A stretch of 37,725 bases of DNA, taken from positions 1-37,725 of the IMG/VR virus record IMGVR_UViG_3300040734_000006; one strand, 5' to 3'. The notes below the pieces were generated by a model that had not been told where the DNA came from, made no database searches, and saw only the letters and a list, made by a program, of their open reading frames with translations. Made by a program: the position numbers and the translations under genes. The stretch is from a virus (taxonomy: Duplodnaviria; Caudoviricetes). Numbering within the stretch: the first letter of the stretch is position 1; every line of letters begins with the position of its first letter. Of this stretch, positions 17,811 to 26,542 are shown in pieces.

Positions 17811-19433
17811 ATGTTGCAAGAAACAGATCGCCAAAAATTAGATGGGATTGTCCAGCAAATGGTTGCCAATAAAGAAAAAGACGCGACAATTCAAATGGTT
17901 GTCAATGATTTTAAGTCGAAATATGACAAACCAATTGCTGCGCAGGTTGAACAACAAAAATCAAACGCCTTGTTTCCGGCAACTGGAAATGAGGGATATT
18001 TGGCGCAAACTGCGAAAACTATTGGAAATATCCCTGGCTCCGCTTTTAATTTCTTGAAAGGAATTGTTGAAACTCCGAAAACAATTTATGAAAATATAAC
18101 TTCAATTCCGCAAGAATTTAAAAATCTTATTGGAGAAAGCAACGGCGATATTGGCAAGGCAATTGAAAGAACGATCACGGAAATGCCAAATACGGCGTAC
18201 AAAATGTTTGTGCCTCAATTCGCGCGTTCAATTATCAGCGGAGATTATCAAACCGCTCAAAAAACTTTGGCGGAAGACCCTGTTGGGCAAATTGCGCCAT
18301 TGTTAATAGGCGCAAAAGCGATGGCAGAAAAAGCAGGCGTTGGGGCGCAGTTTGATAAAGCAATCCAAGTTGTCGCAAAGCCGGTTATTTCAACGGCAAA
18401 GTCGGCGCAAAACGCAATCACCTCGCCAATCGCTGGGTTCTCAAAATTTGGAGTTTCGCAAAGCACAGGGCTTAATCCTGAAACCATTTCAACGGCTATA
18501 AGCCAGCCGCAGGCGTTGGGTGAGGCTATAAAACAAGGATTGAGCCGCCAAACGACCGCAGAGGCCGTCAGGAGTGCCGTAGAAGATCGTTTAAAGGATT
18601 TGAGCGAAACGGGCAAAGGATATGACGCTATAAGGCAATCGCAAGTTTTAGTTAATGTCCCGCAAAATTTAATTGGCAAAACATTAAAAAAGTTTGGCCT
18701 TGATTTGGATAAAAAAGGAAAGATTTTAAAAACTGCTGAAAGCCGACAAATATCAAATGCTGATACTGCTGCTTTGGAAGATTTTGTCAAAACTTTTGGC
18801 AATCAAAAAACTTTATCGCCAAATGCTTTTTTCAATGCGAGAGAATCATTGACTAACATTGCAAAATTTGAGCAAGGAAAAACAAATATTTCCCAATTGA
18901 TAGCAAAAGAATTGCGAAAAGCATACGATAACGCAGGAAAATCTCAATTAACCGGATTGGAAAATCTCGACAAAACATATTCCGTTGAGAGGACTTTGTT
19001 AAACCAAATTAAAAAAGATTTTATCGAAAAAAACACGGCAGGTGGAATTAAATTAAAAGATGCGGCAGTTAATAAAATCGCCAATGCTGCCGGAAAGGGG
19101 AAAGACGCTCTTTTGGGCAGGTTAGAGGAGATTGTTCCTGGGATCACCGGACAAATAAAAATACTTAAAGCAATCGAGGATATTGAAGCCGCAGGCGGGC
19201 AAAAAGTGGGAACCTATATGCGGGCAGGAGGGGTTGCGGCCGGTGCCGTTACTTTAAACCCTTATTTAATCGTGGGGGCAATTTTATCAACACCGCAAAT
19301 TGCCGTTCCTCTTTTAAAAGGAGTTGGGATGACTTTGCCAAAAATAAAAAGCACGATGGACGTGCTTGGCATTCCTCTTAAAGAATTAAACAAAATGCCG
19401 GAAACAATCACAAACGCGCTTGTGCCAAAATAA
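17811..19433 (+). CDS. putative internal virion / DNA ejection protein
   Basis: 540 aa helical with glycine-rich hydrophobic C-terminal segment; ATG 17811. Confidence 0.55.
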   Translation: MLQETDRQKLDGIVQQMVANKEKDATIQMVVNDFKSKYDKPIAAQVEQQKSNALFPATGNEGYLAQTAKTIGNIPGSAFNFLKGIVETPKTIYENITSIPQEFKNLIGESNGDIGKAIERTITEMPNTAYKMFVPQFARSIISGDYQTAQKTLAEDPVGQIAPLLIGAKAMAEKAGVGAQFDKAIQVVAKPVISTAKSAQNAITSPIAGFSKFGVSQSTGLNPETISTAISQPQALGEAIKQGLSRQTTAEAVRSAVEDRLKDLSETGKGYDAIRQSQVLVNVPQNLIGKTLKKFGLDLDKKGKILKTAESRQISNADTAALEDFVKTFGNQKTLSPNAFFNARESLTNIAKFEQGKTNISQLIAKELRKAYDNAGKSQLTGLENLDKTYSVERTLLNQIKKDFIEKNTAGGIKLKDAAVNKIANAAGKGKDALLGRLEEIVPGITGQIKILKAIEDIEAAGGQKVGTYMRAGGVAAGAVTLNPYLIVGAILSTPQIAVPLLKGVGMTLPKIKSTMDVLGIPLKELNKMPETITNALVPK

Positions 19434-19680
19434 ATTTATAGACAAAAACAAAAACACAAAAATCAATCAACATAAAACTTCCTGCCTCTATGCCATAATT
19501 TGAAAGAATTATCCAAAAGATTGAAGCAATGGCCAATGCAATAGCGGGTTTCCTAATTTTTATGTTTAACGGAGATGACTTTTGTTTTTTGGCCATCAAG
19601 ATTAAACCGCTTCCAATAACCCATAAAAACCAAACAACAAAAAATAAAATTAATAAACCAAATATGAAAGAAAAGTCCAT
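19408..19680 (-). CDS. small membrane protein (~3 TM)
   Basis: 90 aa with three hydrophobic stretches. Confidence 0.7.
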   Translation of the reverse strand: MDFSFIFGLLILFFVVWFLWVIGSGLILMAKKQKSSPLNIKIRKPAIALAIASIFWIILSNYGIEAGSFMLIDFCVFVFVYKFILAQARL

Positions 19681-19686
19681 AAAATT

Positions 19687-19818
19687 TTAATCATCATTCA
19701 AATCGGGACGCGCTTGTTTTAAAATTGTTTGTTTCAAAATTGAAAGAATTGCCCCGATTTGACGAGATATTCCGAAAAGGAAAAAAGCAATTATTACCAA
19801 AAATATTTCGATCATCAT
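19687..19818 (-). CDS. 43-aa single-TM peptide
   Basis: MMIEIFLVIIAFFLFGISRQIGAILSILKQTILKQARPDLNDD*; GGGGTGG upstream; below ORF-track cutoff. Confidence 0.55.
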   Translation of the reverse strand: MMIEIFLVIIAFFLFGISRQIGAILSILKQTILKQARPDLNDD

Positions 19819-19845
19819 TTTCTACCACCCCCACCCCATCGGTGA

Positions 19846-19947
19846 TTAATAGCCAAAAAGCAAACCAATAATACCTATTGCTATTCCAAGCCATAGGATA
19901 ACATCGGGAATACTTAAATTTTGCTCTTGCGTTTCTTGATTATCCAT
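19846..19947 (-). CDS. 33-aa single-TM peptide
   Basis: MDNQETQEQNLSIPDVILWLGIAIGIIGLLFGY*. Confidence 0.55.
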   Translation of the reverse strand: MDNQETQEQNLSIPDVILWLGIAIGIIGLLFGY

Positions 19948-20039
19948 AAATTTATGATTACTAAAATTACAATCTAAAAACAAAAACACCGCCTAAAATT
20001 TCCGGCAAAAGACTTTTTAAGCGGTGCTCACCAAATTCT

Positions 20040-20213
20040 ATGAGAAAAAAGAAAGAAGCTAATGTATTTGAAATTATAGCAAAAGATATGGAAAACGCAA
20101 TAGACACTGGTTTTTGCCAGTTAATAACCAATTCAGTAAAGCGTTTTATCGCGCTCCTTCCGTATGCGATTGTTTTGTATGGCGCCATCATTATTTTCAG
20201 ATTATTTCGTTAA
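20040..20213 (+). CDS. 57-aa protein with C-terminal TM helix
   Basis: MRKKKEANVFEIIAKDMENAIDTGFCQLITNSVKRFIALLPYAIVLYGAIIIFRLFR*; stop overlaps convergent stop (TTAA 20210-20213). Confidence 0.5.
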   Translation: MRKKKEANVFEIIAKDMENAIDTGFCQLITNSVKRFIALLPYAIVLYGAIIIFRLFR

Positions 20214-20293
20214 AACCCCCACCCCACCGGATTGCTTCCTGCCAACAAAGCGATGAATATTCCTAAGATGAGGATTAAAGTATCGTCTGGCAT
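20210..20293 (-). CDS. 27-aa hydrophobic peptide
   Basis: MPDDTLILILGIFIALLAGSNPVGWGF*, directly after a structured leader. Confidence 0.55.
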   Translation of the reverse strand: MPDDTLILILGIFIALLAGSNPVGWGF

Positions 20294-20408
20294 AAAAAAA
20301 CCGACTTTCTTTTAGCGAGCATCTACCAGAATGCCCGCCGAAAGAAAATCGGCTTTGCCCCTGGTAGAAGGCTTTAAGAAACTATATAACATTTCAAAAC
20401 TATGTCAA
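20294..20408 (-). promoter_or_regulatory. promoter plus long-hairpin attenuator-like leader
   Basis: TTGACA (20408-20403)-16-TATAGT (20386-20381); 24-nt arms 20354-20331/20322-20299, U7 tract then AUG. Confidence 0.65.
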
Positions 20409-21223
20409 GCCCACGAATCACAATCGAGCAAATCCGCAAAATCAAGGAACGAATGGAGCTGGCCAAACAAGGCCCCGCGGCTTTGGCGATGGCACAGCTT
20501 TTGGCCAAGATCGAGCAGGTGAAAGGCGACCCGGGCGAGAAAGGCGATACTGTGATTGGACCAATGGGACCAAGGGGGCCGAAAGGCGATAAGGGGGATA
20601 AAGGCGATAAAGGGGAAAACGGCAGGGACGGCACCAATGGCAAGGACGGCAAAACTCCCAAGAACGGCAAAGACGGCGCCACTCCCCGCAAGTATATCGA
20701 CTATTTCACTTATGAGGATGTGCGCGAAGTGGTGGGTCTGGTGATGGACAGATTGAAAAAGGACGGCATAAACGACAAGCAAATCAAAAAAACCATTAAT
20801 GAGGCGATCAAGGAAGCGATTAAGAGCGTGCCGACAATTACCAAAGAACTGCCCAACATTTCGCTGATTGGCGGCGGAAGCGGGGCGAGATTGCAGGTTT
20901 TCAATGATGGAAGCAACCTTGGGCAGGATATACGCAAGATTGATTTTATCGGGGACGGAGTGGAAGCATACAGGGTGGGCGAGGGAGTGGTGGTGAGCGT
21001 GGCGGGGGGAGGCGGTACAGGAAGCGCAACCTATCGCGATGACGGCACAATCAGCGGGCAGACCATTACGCTTACAAGGGCGGCGACCACGATCTTGGGG
21101 CTGTATATCAATGGCGCGTTTATCCATTCTTTCACCCACGTAAGCGGGGAGAACACAATCACAATATCCGCCGCCGATGCCGCGGGGTATGACGGCAATT
21201 CTTATTCGGTAATATACGTTTAA
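20402..21223 (+). CDS. collagen-like (Gly-X-Y) virion/fibre protein
   Basis: GPMGPRGPKGDKGDKGDKGENGRDGTNGKDG repeat, beta-rich C-terminus. Confidence 0.8.
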   Translation: MSSPRITIEQIRKIKERMELAKQGPAALAMAQLLAKIEQVKGDPGEKGDTVIGPMGPRGPKGDKGDKGDKGENGRDGTNGKDGKTPKNGKDGATPRKYIDYFTYEDVREVVGLVMDRLKKDGINDKQIKKTINEAIKEAIKSVPTITKELPNISLIGGGSGARLQVFNDGSNLGQDIRKIDFIGDGVEAYRVGEGVVVSVAGGGGTGSATYRDDGTISGQTITLTRAATTILGLYINGAFIHSFTHVSGENTITISAADAAGYDGNSYSVIYV

Positions 21224-21227
21224 AAAA

Positions 21228-21332
21228 ATGAGAAATATTCCATTAAACAAATCTAAAATAGAAGCAGCAAAAGCATACAATGAGGCGGCAAAAAAGTATT
21301 TTGGCGAATTTGCTTGTTTAAATACAATATGA
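21228..21332 (+). pseudogene. internally deleted HNH-AP2 homing endonuclease remnant (34 aa)
   Basis: MRNIPLNKSKIEAAKAYNEAAKKYFGEFACLNTI*: HNH-AP2-type N-terminus joined to AP2 C-terminal helix. Confidence 0.7.
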
Positions 21333-21355
21333 AAAATTTAAATATGAAAAATTTA
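21326..21355 (+). repeat. 15-bp tandem duplication
   Basis: AATATGAAAAATTTA at 21326-21340 and 21341-21355. Confidence 0.9.
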
Positions 21356-23974
21356 ATAAAAAAATTATTGATTTCTATTTTACCGGCACTGTTTATTGGT
21401 GAAATAGTTTATGCCGTTACCCCTTTTAGTTTGTTTCAAGGCGGGACGGGGCAAAGCACGGCTCAAAACGCTATCAACGCTTTGACCGCCGTATCATCGG
21501 CAACCAATGAACATGTTTTGACCAAGGACACGGCCACGGGCAATGCTATTTGGAAAGCGGCGCCGTCCGGTATGGTTTATCCGGGCGCGGGCGTGGCGGT
21601 CTCTACGGGGAGCGCGTGGACGACATCGCTAAGCACGGACGGCTCCGGGGATTGCGGAAGCGGGGCGGTATGTTTGGGAGACCATACCCATTCGGGTTAT
21701 TTAACTTCGCTTTCCGGGGCGGTTTTGACCAGTCAAGCAACGCCGCAAACAATTGGCGATACTACCAACCGATTAACCAAACTTTGGGCGACCGATATTA
21801 CCGTGACCAACGCCATTACCGGAAGCGTTACGGGTAATGCCGGTACTGCTTCGGCTTTGGCGGCCAATCCATCCGATTGCGCGGCAAACCAATTTGCCAC
21901 CACGATCGCGGCTAATGGAAACCTTACTTGCGCGGCTTTGGCGGACGCGGATATTCCCAACGATATTACGATAAATACAGCCACTGCTTTGGCCGCTAAT
22001 GGCGCGAATTGTGAAGCGGGCAACGCGCCTCTTGGCGTGGACGCGAGCGGAGCGGCGGAGGGGTGCTTTGCGGTAGTTACCGGAACGCCGTGGACAGGAA
22101 TGGGGTATTTGACCGCTAATCAATCAATTTCTTTATCAGGTGATGTTTCGGGGTCGGGGACAACGGCAATCACGACAACGATCGGGGAGAATAAAATCCT
22201 TGAATCAATGCTAAAAGCCGTGGATTCGGCATCTGATGAGGAGTGTTTGACTTACGAAACCACGACCGGCGATTTTGAGTGGCAGGCGTGCGGATCGGAA
22301 TCCACCACTGTCGCCGATACCACGACTTTGGATTTAACGCTTACCGGAACGGAAATTAAGGGAGATGTGGTTGTTTTAAAAGATTTAGTGGCCGGAACGG
22401 GGTTGTCGGGAGGCTCAAACGATGTTTTGCCCGGGGCGGACGGAGATATTACTTTGGCGGTGGACACAACCGAAATTGACGGGGCGAGAACTTGGGGGGC
22501 GGCGGACGGAGCGTCAATCACTTGGACTTGGAATCTTGTTGCCAATGACCCGTCAATGACATTCGGGCCCTCATCAGTTAAATCCGATGTTCCTTTTTCT
22601 ATCGGTTATGGAAGCAATTCTTCCGGAGTTTTGTATATTTACGAGGATAGTGATGATGGCACGAACAATGCTTCTTTTACCGTTCCCGCGTTAGCGGCTG
22701 ACACTGATTATATTTTACCGGCCAATGATGGCGACGCTAACCAATTTTTGGAAACGGACGGGTCTGGAACCTTGTCTTGGGCGACGGCTTTACTTTCCGG
22801 GGGAACGCTGACCAGCTCCAATGTTTGCCAGTATGACGGCACGGGGATTGATTGCAATATCGCCGTTAATGCCGGCACCGATTTGACCGCCGACTTGGAG
22901 GAGGAAACACACGCGGCAGAACACGCGGTTGGCGCGGCGGATACTGTCTTTCCATCCGACCCTAACGCGGATAAATATTTGATGTGGGACGACGACCCGG
23001 GGACTTTGGTTTGGGCGGCGGGTGCGGGAGGACTGGCCTCAACCGACATTGATACCAGCACGGAGTTATATGCCATTTTAACCGATGAAACCGGAAGCGC
23101 GAGCGGAACTCCTCTGCTGGTATTCAACACCAATCCGGTGCTTACCGGCGCGACTTTGGCCGGAATACTGGCCGACAATGACGATATGGTATTTGAGGTG
23201 GACGCCGATAATAACGGTTCAAATAAATTCTCTTTTACCGATGGCGCGTCCAGCGAGATTTTAAGCATTACCGAAGCGGGTTTGCTGACCGTTGCCGATG
23301 ACATTGTAATTACCGGCTCTGATTTGAGCGTGGGGGCGGCCGGAGTTAAATTGACAGGGGACGGCGACGGGGCGTTAACCTTGCTTGGCTTGGGCAATGG
23401 CTTCGATGAGGATATAACTTTAAATTTGGACGATGTGGAAAATACTTTGGGTATTTCCAGCTCAACCGGATTGGCGACTATTGATTTTGGCACAATGGCT
23501 TTGACTATCGGCGAGGGTAAATTGGCGGATAGCACGATTGTGAGCGCGGATGTTAAGAATGGAACGATTGTTGTGGCCGATACCGCAATCACGGCAGGAA
23601 GGAGTTTAACTTGGTCAACAGATGATATGGTTGCGGACGCTGAATTATACACCGATACGAAATGCATTTACTTTGAAGACCCGACCGCAGATGATGATTT
23701 TAAAAGTATTTGGTATGCAAAACAGGCGGCAACAATTACTTCGATGTGGTGCGAAAGCGATCAAACAGTCAACGCTGATTTGCAGGTTGATGATGGAAGC
23801 GCGGCAGATGTTAATGGCACTGACCTTGTGTGCGATTCGACACCCCCTGAAGACACTTCAATGGGCGGCGATGCAACATTGGCCAGCGGGGATAGATTGG
23901 ATTTGGCCGTTGAAAGCGTTAGCGGAACGCCGACTTGGGTTAGTATCTGTTTCACTTTTTCCTACGATGACTGA
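21344..23974 (+). CDS. large acidic T/S/G/D-rich tail-fibre/adhesin-like protein with predicted signal peptide
   Basis: MKNLIKKLLISILPALFIGEIVYA signal-like N-terminus, QGGTG fibre motif, ALAAN..C repeats; start 21329 or 21344. Confidence 0.7.
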   Translation: MKNLIKKLLISILPALFIGEIVYAVTPFSLFQGGTGQSTAQNAINALTAVSSATNEHVLTKDTATGNAIWKAAPSGMVYPGAGVAVSTGSAWTTSLSTDGSGDCGSGAVCLGDHTHSGYLTSLSGAVLTSQATPQTIGDTTNRLTKLWATDITVTNAITGSVTGNAGTASALAANPSDCAANQFATTIAANGNLTCAALADADIPNDITINTATALAANGANCEAGNAPLGVDASGAAEGCFAVVTGTPWTGMGYLTANQSISLSGDVSGSGTTAITTTIGENKILESMLKAVDSASDEECLTYETTTGDFEWQACGSESTTVADTTTLDLTLTGTEIKGDVVVLKDLVAGTGLSGGSNDVLPGADGDITLAVDTTEIDGARTWGAADGASITWTWNLVANDPSMTFGPSSVKSDVPFSIGYGSNSSGVLYIYEDSDDGTNNASFTVPALAADTDYILPANDGDANQFLETDGSGTLSWATALLSGGTLTSSNVCQYDGTGIDCNIAVNAGTDLTADLEEETHAAEHAVGAADTVFPSDPNADKYLMWDDDPGTLVWAAGAGGLASTDIDTSTELYAILTDETGSASGTPLLVFNTNPVLTGATLAGILADNDDMVFEVDADNNGSNKFSFTDGASSEILSITEAGLLTVADDIVITGSDLSVGAAGVKLTGDGDGALTLLGLGNGFDEDITLNLDDVENTLGISSSTGLATIDFGTMALTIGEGKLADSTIVSADVKNGTIVVADTAITAGRSLTWSTDDMVADAELYTDTKCIYFEDPTADDDFKSIWYAKQAATITSMWCESDQTVNADLQVDDGSAADVNGTDLVCDSTPPEDTSMGGDATLASGDRLDLAVESVSGTPTWVSICFTFSYDD

Positions 23975-24026
23975 TGAATGTTTGAAATTAAAGTTTTGAT
24001 GTTTCCATTATTTTTTAAAAAAGTAA

Positions 24027-24905
24027 ATGAATAAATTAACCAAAATCATTTTATCTATTACCGGCGCCGGAGTGGTGATGGCCGCGGGTGCAGGGAAACT
24101 TAAAAACGAGGTATCTGCCGACAAGGTGATTGCCAAGTTTGAGCAGGCCGACCAAATAAAAGCCAAATACTCCTTGCAGGACGGCAAGGTTTTGAAGCGC
24201 GAAGTTATCAAAAACGCCGAAAAAGACAAATACAAAAAAGAGGCAAAAGACAAAATAAGTGTGGAAATCGGCAATGCCGATAAAGACGAATTTACACCTG
24301 ATATTGCCTTGAAGCGCTGGGACGAGGTGGGATTTAAGATCAAGCCCAAGCTGGACGGCGTGAAAACCAAAGACAAGGACATTGAATTTACCGGCGACAA
24401 GGTGAAATTTAAAACGCCAAAGATGGACTTTGAGTTTTACGAGGTTGCGGACGGCGATGGGGCGTATAAGTATGTTTGGTATTTAAACGAAAAGCCCGCC
24501 AGTAATGTGGTGAACTTTGGCATTGAAACCACGGGTTTAAACTTTTTCTATCAGCCTCCATTAACCCAAGAATACCAAAACGGCTACTCCGAGGAATTTA
24601 AAAAAGAGATTGTCGTTTCCGAAACCGAAGTCAAGGACTTGGACGGCAAAGTGTTGGTCCACCGTCCAATCGATGTTGTGGGAAGCTATGCGGTCTATCA
24701 CGAAAGCAAAGGCGTGATGGTGGACAAGGACGGCAAGGATTACAAAACAGGGCAAGCGTTTATGATTTACCGCCCGCATTTGTTTGACGCAAATGGCAAG
24801 GAATCGTGGGGTGTTTTGAGCATTGACGCGCAAGCGGGGACATATAGCGTGGAGATACCGCAGGAGTTTTTGGATAGCGCGATTTATCCTGTAAGGTGCG
24901 AATAA
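24027..24905 (+). CDS. exported hypothetical protein (probable N-terminal half of a split gene)
   Basis: MNKLTKIILSITGAGVVMAAG signal-like; ends IPQEFLDSAIYPVRCE*. Confidence 0.7.
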   Translation: MNKLTKIILSITGAGVVMAAGAGKLKNEVSADKVIAKFEQADQIKAKYSLQDGKVLKREVIKNAEKDKYKKEAKDKISVEIGNADKDEFTPDIALKRWDEVGFKIKPKLDGVKTKDKDIEFTGDKVKFKTPKMDFEFYEVADGDGAYKYVWYLNEKPASNVVNFGIETTGLNFFYQPPLTQEYQNGYSEEFKKEIVVSETEVKDLDGKVLVHRPIDVVGSYAVYHESKGVMVDKDGKDYKTGQAFMIYRPHLFDANGKESWGVLSIDAQAGTYSVEIPQEFLDSAIYPVRCE

Positions 24906-24922
24906 TAATGTAATAAGGGTAT

Positions 24923-25423
24923 ATGCCATTCAAAAAAGGACATAAATTTTATAAAGGTGGAGAAAAAAAATGGTTTAAGAAAGGACATAAAGTGAGATTT
25001 GGAATGAAACACAGCAAAGAAAGCATTAAAAAAATAAGCCAAGCAAAAATGGGAAGTCTTGCTTATTGGAAAGGGAAGAAAATACCAAAACAAGCACGAG
25101 AAAAAATGAGCAAAGCGAGAATGGGTAGATTTTGCGGAGAAAATAGTCCGAGTTGGAAAGGTGGAATTACACTATTAAATGTTAAAATAAGAACTTCAAC
25201 AGAATACAAACTTTGGCGTAAATCAGTATTTGAAAGAGATAATTATACTTGTATTTGGTGTGGAGCAAAAAGTCAAAAAGGAATAAGTGTTATTTTAAAC
25301 GCTGACCATATTAAGCCATTTGCTTTGTTTCCTGAATTGAGATTAGCGATAGATAATGGAAGAACACTTTGTAATAATTGCCATAAAAAAACATTAACTT
25401 ATGGTAATGGTTCAAAGCTATGA
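24923..25423 (+). CDS. free-standing HNH homing endonuclease with NUMOD3-like repeats
   Basis: FKKGH repeats, HSKESIKKISQAK, GENSPSWKGG, ERDNYTCIWCG...ADHIKP...NGRTLCNNCH; AT-rich. Confidence 0.9.
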   Translation: MPFKKGHKFYKGGEKKWFKKGHKVRFGMKHSKESIKKISQAKMGSLAYWKGKKIPKQAREKMSKARMGRFCGENSPSWKGGITLLNVKIRTSTEYKLWRKSVFERDNYTCIWCGAKSQKGISVILNADHIKPFALFPELRLAIDNGRTLCNNCHKKTLTYGNGSKL

Positions 25424-26013
25424 AAAAACTAATTTTATCATTGTTTATATTTATCGGTATTTTTGTGGCTTTAGGCGCGAGAGCTGATACTTTTGGATAT
25501 ACAACGGCGGGGAGTAGTTATAATTATGTCCAAATCACAGGTTCAATATTCGGGTCTAATTTCACTTCACCAAGCAATGTTTCAGGGGCAACAATAAGCG
25601 GTTTGACGATGAGTATAGCACAAGATTATGGCGGCGGCGGGAATTGTAAAGCAGTAATTTATACCGAAGCTTATTATGGCAAACCCGCAACTTTGATTAC
25701 TAACGCTGTCGGAGGAGAGGTTGCATTTCCGTCATCTAAGGCGTGGGCTACAAGCAGTTTTTCAACTTCTCCCGCGCTTAATAATAACACCGCATATTTG
25801 CTCGCGTTAATTTATAGCGGCGATAATTCTGCTCGTTTTTATTATAATTCGGGGGCTGAGAATCAAGAATGTGATAATTATGCAAATAATTATTCTATAC
25901 CTGCTCCAATCGGAGAATATGATTGTTCTTCTTTTAATAGCATTAAATACTCCATATACGCCACCTACACGGCGGGGGAAGCGGCGGCGAGAAGGATAAT
26001 TATAACCGAATAA
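25420..26013 (+). CDS. exported beta-rich protein (probable C-terminal half of a split gene)
   Basis: MKKLILSLFIFIGIFVALGARA signal peptide (A-x-A), mature start DTFGYTTAG, ends SIYATYT. Confidence 0.7.
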   Translation: MKKLILSLFIFIGIFVALGARADTFGYTTAGSSYNYVQITGSIFGSNFTSPSNVSGATISGLTMSIAQDYGGGGNCKAVIYTEAYYGKPATLITNAVGGEVAFPSSKAWATSSFSTSPALNNNTAYLLALIYSGDNSARFYYNSGAENQECDNYANNYSIPAPIGEYDCSSFNSIKYSIYATYTAGEAAARRIIITE

Positions 26014-26018
26014 AAAAT

Positions 26019-26237
26019 ATGAACAAAAAAACAATACTGACAACCATTTTAATTATTGTCTTGGCCGGCTATATCGCCTACACCGAGGGGGCGAAATTTT
26101 ACCAAAGCCAAAAGACGCTGTGGCTTAATACCGGAGCGTTGCAAATGCGCGAGGCGATATTCCAAGCGGTTGACAAAGGCGAGGTGCAATTAAGTGATGC
26201 GAAAGGTGAAAAAACAATAACAATAATCAAAAAATAA
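26019..26237 (+). CDS. small membrane-anchored protein
   Basis: N-terminal TM, 72 aa. Confidence 0.65.
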   Translation: MNKKTILTTILIIVLAGYIAYTEGAKFYQSQKTLWLNTGALQMREAIFQAVDKGEVQLSDAKGEKTITIIKK

Positions 26238-26238
26238 T

Positions 26239-26535
26239 ATGGCAACAGAAACCACAAAAACCGCGCCGGTGTCCGCGAAAATAACCGACACGCAGTTTTC
26301 TATCACGCAAACATTCACCACGACCAGCGTTGAGGACAAAGTTTTGACATTTACCAAAGACAACCTGGTGGAACAGCGCGCCAACATCGTCAAACAGCGG
26401 GACGCGCAGATCGCCGAATTGCAAGCGTTGAAAGCCGCGGAGCTGGCCGACATTGACGCTTACCTTGCCGAAGCCGAAAAGCTGGGCATCAAGCTGGCCG
26501 CGGAAGTGGTGATTGACGAACCGATAATTAAATAA
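26239..26535 (+). CDS. hypothetical coiled-coil protein
   Basis: 98 aa, tightly coupled to neighbours. Confidence 0.65.
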   Translation: MATETTKTAPVSAKITDTQFSITQTFTTTSVEDKVLTFTKDNLVEQRANIVKQRDAQIAELQALKAAELADIDAYLAEAEKLGIKLAAEVVIDEPIIK

Positions 26536-26542
26536 AACCCCT

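Noticed and set aside
20001-20011. TCCGGCAAAAG matching the start of leader switch copy 1
   Set aside because: Lacks the CC-AA-CGG partner strand and the overlapping terminator; likely chance
19694-20191. Track ORFs 19694-19894 (-) and 19967-20191 (-)
   Set aside because: Alternative frames give cleaner single-TM peptides with better starts; not fully excluded
22708-23667. Long minus-strand ORFs (also 20405-21280, 29576-30265, 2236-2889, 589-1134)
   Set aside because: Antisense shadows of well-supported plus-strand genes with no motifs of their own
24890-25490. Group I intron or DNA-level excision rejoining the split gene (AGGTGCGA vs AGGCGCGA at the flanks)
   Set aside because: No room for a ribozyme core, and recombination at the microhomology would be out of frame
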